Origin: Candidatus Eiseniibacteriota bacterium
GTDB lineage: Bacteria > Arandabacterota > Arandabacteria > JAGLYR01
Assembly (NCBI GenBank): GCA_023132135.1
Contig: JAGLYR010000147.1
Location: 1 to 46,222 of the forward strand
DNA: 46,222 nt
Direction: 5' to 3'
This document shows positions 41,464 through 46,222 of this stretch, in pieces (the stretch's first letter is position 1; each line of letters starts with the position of its first letter). Made by a program: the position numbers and the translations under genes. The notes beneath the pieces are model-generated. The model was not told the DNA's origin and searched no databases. It was given only the letters and a program-made list of their open reading frames with translations.

Positions 41464-42312
41464 TCATGTCAATTGCTTTCCTGCACCGGTTGCCGTCCTG
41501 GTCTGGTATTCCAGGACCCCCTCATATACAACCTTCGCGTCCCCTTCCAGAGTCACCCCCCGAACACCCTCACCGTCCACGCGGTATTTCACCCTCAGCG
41601 TTCCCCCCGGCGCTCTCAATTCCACAGGTGAGCCTGCACCCTTTTGCAGACACGCTCCCACCGCCGCGGCTACCGCGCCCGTGCCGCATGCCAGAGTCTC
41701 CCTCTCGACGCCCCGCTCATAGGTTCTCAGCCTGAGAACGGACGGTCCCAGGACCTCCGCAAAATTGACGTTGGTTCCCTCAGGCTGGAACCGTGGATCG
41801 AACCGGAAGACCCGTCCCACCGCCTCCACATCCACCCGATCCACATCATCCACCCACAGAACCAGGTGCGGAACACCGGTATCGAGTGAGATACCCACAA
41901 AGACCCGACCCTCGTGCGAGAGCTCTATCTTTCCTTCACAAACCTGTGGATCCCGCATCCCAAGACAAACTCCATCCGCCAGGATCTCGGCGCGGTGCGC
42001 CCCGTCGTCGGCTTCGAGGATCAGGCTTTCGCCAACCCATCCTTTCCGAAAAGCGTAGCGAGAGGCGCAGCGGCCGGCATTGCCGCACATCCCGGCCCGG
42101 CTACCGTCCGCGTTGAGGTACACCATCCTTGCCCGGTCGCCGCCCAGCGATCGAACCGTCACCAGCCCATCCGCCCCAACGCCGTGCCTTCGGCGACAGA
42201 CATCCGCGGCCAGGCGGCTCAGAATTCCATCTTCCAACCCGCCGACGAGGTCATGATCGATCATCACGAAATCGTTTCCCGCCCCGGACATCTTGACAAA
42301 AGGCAGCCTCAC
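41464..42312 (-). CDS. dapF: Diaminopimelate epimerase
   Basis: 282 aa. FVKMSGAGNDFVMID, the two catalytic Cys contexts GNAGRCASRY and LACGTGAVAAA. The GTG start forms a GTGA overlap with the upstream stop. Confidence 0.9.
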   Translation of the reverse strand: MRLPFVKMSGAGNDFVMIDHDLVGGLEDGILSRLAADVCRRRHGVGADGLVTVRSLGGDRARMVYLNADGSRAGMCGNAGRCASRYAFRKGWVGESLILEADDGAHRAEILADGVCLGMRDPQVCEGKIELSHEGRVFVGISLDTGVPHLVLWVDDVDRVDVEAVGRVFRFDPRFQPEGTNVNFAEVLGPSVLRLRTYERGVERETLACGTGAVAAAVGACLQKGAGSPVELRAPGGTLRVKYRVDGEGVRGVTLEGDAKVVYEGVLEYQTRTATGAGKQLT

Positions 42313-43457
42313 TCTTCCTCCATCTCCCTCAGGATCTCAACGTCCCGGACCACGGCACCCGCCTCAACCTCCAGGGTGTCGGCAACCGTGACCCGAGGCT
42401 CCGGAAGATCCTCGATCGTATCCCACTGCCCGTCGCCATTCATATCCTGGAATACGCTCAGGAAGTACTTCCCCGCGGGGACTCCGCCCATCCGGAATGG
42501 ACCAGGCCGGCTGATCCTCGTGCTCCTGGCAACCGTCGAATCCCCCGGGACAGACGCTTCCACCCACACTGGGAACTCCGGATCCCAGTCACCCAGTACG
42601 CAACCCATGACGAGGCCGGTCTTCCTGGAATCCCACACTTCAATCTCGATTCCGCCAATTGTGTCCGGAAACGCGGCCACGCTGACCGGCTCCGGGTAGA
42701 ACCCCGACGGATCCCCTTCCTCAAAAGCTCCCGTCCGGTTCTGGTCCAGAAAAGCGAAGAGCTCATACCCCCTGGATACCGGACGTAGAAAGGGAAGCAC
42801 GAAGTTGCCATCGGGGTCGGTCTCGGTCTGCCGGTAGGGAACGTCCACCTCCGGATCCGCCTCCCTGCCATCCTTCCAGACATACAGCAACACGCCGGCG
42901 CCCGCTACGGATTTCCCGGACCGGAGCACGCGTCCGACCAAGGCGCTCTCGTCAAGGTTGGGGCCCGTTGAGAATCCAATGGCAACCGGAATTCCAATCC
43001 GGTTGGAGCGCCGGTCCTGCACCGCCGCTCCAAGGGTTACCACGTAGGTCGTGTCTGCGTAGAGGGAATCGAGAGGGGCCAGAGTCACCACTGCCCCCGA
43101 GCACGACGGTCTGCCCCCGCGGATCCGGGGATTTACCCACAATCCCTTTTCCAACGAACGCTTGTCCAGCTTCTCGGAGAACACAAGGCGGATGGATCCG
43201 GTGACAGGAAACCCCCTCGTCCCCGCGGCCGGCTCGCTTTCCACCAGTTTGGGCGCGGTCTTGTCCACCGGTCCGCCTGGAGGAGCCGCCTGCTTGGCAC
43301 AGGAGCTCAACACGACCATCAGAGCTGCCGCTGCCAACCAAGCAACCAGGCGCGCACCTGAATACCCGGCCGTCTCGTCGCGGGAGCAGGCCTGGACCGG
43401 CCGCGAATCACCAACACCCATTCCAGCTACCCTCTTGACGCGTCCCCACATCAGCAT
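42309..43457 (-). CDS. Lipoprotein with bacterial Ig-like (SbsA/Big_5-type) domain
   Basis: 382-aa ORF. The start is uncertain (ATG 43457, 43451 or 43421). Lipobox ...LAAAALMVVLSSC. DKTAPKLVESEPAAGTRGFPVTGSIRLVFSEKLD resembles SbsA Ig-like domains. The remainder is unassigned. Confidence 0.6.
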   Translation of the reverse strand: MLMWGRVKRVAGMGVGDSRPVQACSRDETAGYSGARLVAWLAAAALMVVLSSCAKQAAPPGGPVDKTAPKLVESEPAAGTRGFPVTGSIRLVFSEKLDKRSLEKGLWVNPRIRGGRPSCSGAVVTLAPLDSLYADTTYVVTLGAAVQDRRSNRIGIPVAIGFSTGPNLDESALVGRVLRSGKSVAGAGVLLYVWKDGREADPEVDVPYRQTETDPDGNFVLPFLRPVSRGYELFAFLDQNRTGAFEEGDPSGFYPEPVSVAAFPDTIGGIEIEVWDSRKTGLVMGCVLGDWDPEFPVWVEASVPGDSTVARSTRISRPGPFRMGGVPAGKYFLSVFQDMNGDGQWDTIEDLPEPRVTVADTLEVEAGAVVRDVEILREMEEE

Positions 43458-43518
43458 TCCCCTGTTGAGCCAGCCTTATCCTTCCAGACTGGCCCGCGTC
43501 ATGCACGAATCTTGCGGC

Positions 43519-44424
43519 CTAGTGGATGAGCCCAGTCAGGATCGCCTTCTGAAGATGCATGCGGTTTTCAGCCTGGTCCAGGACAACGGAATTCGGCCCG
43601 TCAATCACCTCATCCGTGATCTCCTCGCCACGGTGCGCCGGCAGGCAGTGCATCACGATAACGTCCTCAGGAGCCTTCCGCAGCAGCGCCCCGTTCACCT
43701 GCAGGGAGGTCATTCCCTTCCGGCGTTTCCCCCGCTCCTTTTCCTGGCCCATGCTGGTCCACACGTCGGTGTAGATCACGTCCGCGTCCCGGACCGCCTC
43801 GGCCGGATCGTAGATGACCTCCACCTTGCTTCCGGCAAAGGCTTTGGCATTGGCCGCAATTTTCTTGTCCGGCTCCTGCCCCTTGACGGTGCAAATCGTC
43901 AGGCTCATGGGCAGAACGGAGGCGGCGTTCAACCACGAGTTTGCCACATTGTTGCCATCGCCAATGTAAACCACCTTGAGGAACTCCAGATCTCCACGCT
44001 TCTCCTGGATCGTGAGAAGGTCCGACAGGATCTGGCACGGGTGGAGGAGATCAGTCAGACCGTTGATGACGGGCACGGAAGCAGCCCGGGCCAGATCCAC
44101 GGCGATCTGGTGAGAAAAGGTCCGGATCATGATTCCGTCCACGTAACGCGAGAGCACGCGGGCAACATCGCCAATGGACTCGCGGGCGCCGATCCCGATT
44201 TCCTGGTCGGTGATGTACACGGACCGGCCTCCCAGCTGGGACATACCTACCTCGAAGCTTACGCGGGTCCTCAGGCTCGGCTTGTGAAACACGAGCGCCA
44301 GCACCTTGTTCTTCAGGACATCCGCGAAGATCCCCGCGCGGACTTCCGCTTTCATCTCCACCGCTTTGTTCAGAATACAGTGAATCCGGTCCCCGGTGAG
44401 ATCGGCGATTGACAGAAGGTGCAT
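43519..44424 (-). CDS. argF: Ornithine carbamoyltransferase
   Basis: AAGGAG lies 5 nt before the ATG at 44424; the track ORF extends to the GTG at 44445. Motifs SLRTRVSFEVG (carbamoyl-phosphate site), HPCQ, DVWTSMG and HCLPAHRGEE. Confidence 0.9.
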   Translation of the reverse strand: MHLLSIADLTGDRIHCILNKAVEMKAEVRAGIFADVLKNKVLALVFHKPSLRTRVSFEVGMSQLGGRSVYITDQEIGIGARESIGDVARVLSRYVDGIMIRTFSHQIAVDLARAASVPVINGLTDLLHPCQILSDLLTIQEKRGDLEFLKVVYIGDGNNVANSWLNAASVLPMSLTICTVKGQEPDKKIAANAKAFAGSKVEVIYDPAEAVRDADVIYTDVWTSMGQEKERGKRRKGMTSLQVNGALLRKAPEDVIVMHCLPAHRGEEITDEVIDGPNSVVLDQAENRMHLQKAILTGLIH

Positions 44425-44449
44425 GGTGGCTCCTTTCTCATCCACAGCG

Positions 44450-45856
44450 CTACAGAATGTACCGGCTGATGTCCACGTCCTCGATAATGTCTTTCAGTCT
44501 CTCCTGAACGGTCTCGGCCGTGATCCTGATGGATCGCTCGCCGGAATCGGGGATGGAGAACAGGATATCCTCCAGAAGAGCCATCATCACGGTGTGGAGC
44601 CGCCGGGCTCCAATGTTCTCCATCCGCTCGTTGGCGGCATACGCAACGGCTGCCATTTCCCGGATGGCATCCTCCGTGAACTCGCACTTCACCCCCTCCG
44701 ACTGAAGGAGGGCCTCGTACTGAAGCACGAGGGCATTCTCCGGTTCGGTCAGAATCCGGACGAAATCCTCCTCTGTCAGGTTTTCCAACTCCACACGGAT
44801 GGGGAATCGTCCCTGAAGCTCGGGCACCAGGTCCGACGGCTTGGACGCATGAAACGCGCCGGCGGCTACAAAAAGAACATGATCGGTCTTCACTATCCCG
44901 TACTTGGTGGGAACTGCGCAGCCCTCGACGATCGGCAGAAGATCCCGCTGGACACCCTCCCTCGACACATCAGGTCCGCTCTTATTCCCGGGCCCGGCAA
45001 TCTTGTCCAGCTCGTCAAGAAACACGATGCCCGTGTTCTCAACTCGCTCAATTGCTTCGGCCGTCACTTTTTCCATATCCACGAGTTTCTCGGATTCCTC
45101 CTGCGAGATAATTCCCCGCGCTTCCGCCACTGTGAGCCGCTGGCGCTTGCCCCGCTGGGGCATCATACCTCCCAGCATCTGGCGGAGGCCGAACTCCATC
45201 TGCTCCATCCCCGGACCGGAGAAGATCTCAATCAGAGGCAGTCCCTTGTTCGACACATCCAGCTCCACGATCCGTTCTTCCAGCCTCCCGCCCTGCAGGA
45301 GCTCCCGCATTTTCTCCCGAGTCCGCTGCCAGCGGTCCTCTTCGCCTGCGCCGGAGTTCGTCACTTCGGAACTGTTCTCGCCAGCGGCTTCAAAGACCCG
45401 GGCCCTGGGTACCAGAAGATCCAGCAGCCGGCTCTCGGTGGCCGCCGCGGCCGCTTCCTGTACTTCCTCTGCCATCTCCGCCCGGACCATGTTCACCGCA
45501 AGGTCGGTGAGATCGCGGACGATTGATTCCACATCACGCCCCACGTACCCCACTTCTGTGAACTTCGACGCCTCGACCTTCACGAAGGGCGCCCCAGCCA
45601 GCTTGGCTAGCCGTCTCGCGATTTCCGTTTTCCCTACGCCGGTTGATCCGATCATGATGATGTTGGCGGGCAGAATCTCGTCTCTCAGATCTCCCTCGAC
45701 CTGCTGGCGGCGCCAGCGGTTCCGGAGCGCGATGGCAACGGCCCGTTTGGCCTTGGCCTGACCGATGACATAGCGATCCAGCTCCTGGACAATCTGCCGG
45801 GGCGTGAGCTGGCGCGCCAGCGATTCTGAATCTACATCCGTCTGCTTGATTTCCAT
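44450..45856 (-). CDS. hslU: ATP-dependent protease ATPase subunit HslU
   Basis: 468 aa. [34 protein letters not shown], Walker [26 protein letters not shown]. Confidence 0.95.
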   Translation of the reverse strand: MEIKQTDVDSESLARQLTPRQIVQELDRYVIGQAKAKRAVAIALRNRWRRQQVEGDLRDEILPANIIMIGSTGVGKTEIARRLAKLAGAPFVKVEASKFTEVGYVGRDVESIVRDLTDLAVNMVRAEMAEEVQEAAAAATESRLLDLLVPRARVFEAAGENSSEVTNSGAGEEDRWQRTREKMRELLQGGRLEERIVELDVSNKGLPLIEIFSGPGMEQMEFGLRQMLGGMMPQRGKRQRLTVAEARGIISQEESEKLVDMEKVTAEAIERVENTGIVFLDELDKIAGPGNKSGPDVSREGVQRDLLPIVEGCAVPTKYGIVKTDHVLFVAAGAFHASKPSDLVPELQGRFPIRVELENLTEEDFVRILTEPENALVLQYEALLQSEGVKCEFTEDAIREMAAVAYAANERMENIGARRLHTVMMALLEDILFSIPDSGERSIRITAETVQERLKDIIEDVDISRYIL

Positions 45857-45903
45857 TGTGCCGCCTCGATTGTTTCCTTCGTGCTCTTCGCTGTTCAGGC
45901 TCT

Positions 45904-46222
45904 CTAGAGAACTTCGATCGTGATCTGATCGTTCGTGTACACGCAGATTCCCGCGGCAATTCTCAGAGCGTCCTCCACAATTTCCCTTGCCGACATCTCC
46001 GTGCGTTTCATCAGGGCCCGCGCCGCGGCCAGGGCATACGGACCACCGGACCCAATAGCGAGAATGTCATCGTCCGGCTCGATCACATCTCCCGAGCCCG
46101 AGATGAGAAACGACTGCTCCTTGTCAACCACCACGAGCAGGGCCTCCAGGCGCCTCAGCACCCGGTCGGTCCGCCACTCCTTGGCCATCTCGATGGCGCC
46201 CCGCGCCAGGTTTCCCTTGTAT
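45904..46222 (-). CDS. hslV: ATP-dependent protease subunit HslV (5-prime end outside the window)
   Basis: The frame is open to the window edge. ...[35 protein letters not shown]...[16 protein letters not shown] aligns with the C-terminal two-thirds of HslV. Confidence 0.9.
   Translation of the reverse strand, partial: YKGNLARGAIEMAKEWRTDRVLRRLEALLVVVDKEQSFLISGSGDVIEPDDDILAIGSGGPYALAAARALMKRTEMSAREIVEDALRIAAGICVYTNDQITIEVL

Overview
GC-rich (over 60% by eye) bacterial, probably metagenome-derived, chromosomal fragment with about 45 tightly packed genes. All calls come from reading the sequence and recognising motifs; no database search was run.

Housekeeping blocks:
- tmk
- tRNA-Gln(CUG) and tRNA-Glu(CUC)
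- a minus-strand oxidative pentose-phosphate operon zwf-pgl-tkt-gnd, followed by phzF-family, membrane and DUF1801-like genes
- a sulfate ABC transporter operon cysP-cysT-cysW-cysA
- dapF, argF, hslVU (hslV truncated at the window end)
- an HU/IHF gene followed by an untracked 31-codon, very basic bS22/AURKAIP1-like micro-gene

Interleaved with these is a large predicted cell-surface secretome.
- Six ORFs end in the same ~85-aa NPFNP...GVYFYRL...KMVLLK domain (FlgD-Ig / T9SS type-A sorting-domain pattern). They are a C25 gingipain-like protease with FG-GAP repeats, an HExxH metalloprotease, an FG-GAP propeller, a GEVED-domain giant and two unknowns.
- There is also a PorV/FadL-like outer-membrane protein, an 8-10-strand type OMP, several lipoproteins, a Pmp-like beta-helix protein, and a ToxR/CadC-like wHTH-TM-TolB-propeller regulator.
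- The gene content suggests an uncultured FCB-superphylum-like lineage. However, at least eight gene starts are preceded by near-consensus sigma70 promoters (TTGAC-17 bp-TAnAAT).

No CRISPR, rRNA, transposase, integrase or phage genes were seen.

Most interesting observations:
1. A 157-bp noncoding direct repeat pair (9342-9498 and 12884-13040). It has a 52-nt invariant core placed just upstream of two unrelated minus-strand surface-protein genes, and it brackets a tandem pair of paralogous lipoproteins.
2. A cluster of five to six ATCCAGGC/GCCTGGAT octamers around the promoter of the first operon.
3. A short extreme C-terminal motif, [ST]WS[GS][IL]K[AT]L[FY]R, shared by three otherwise different exported proteins.
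4. The unannotated bS22-like micro-gene.
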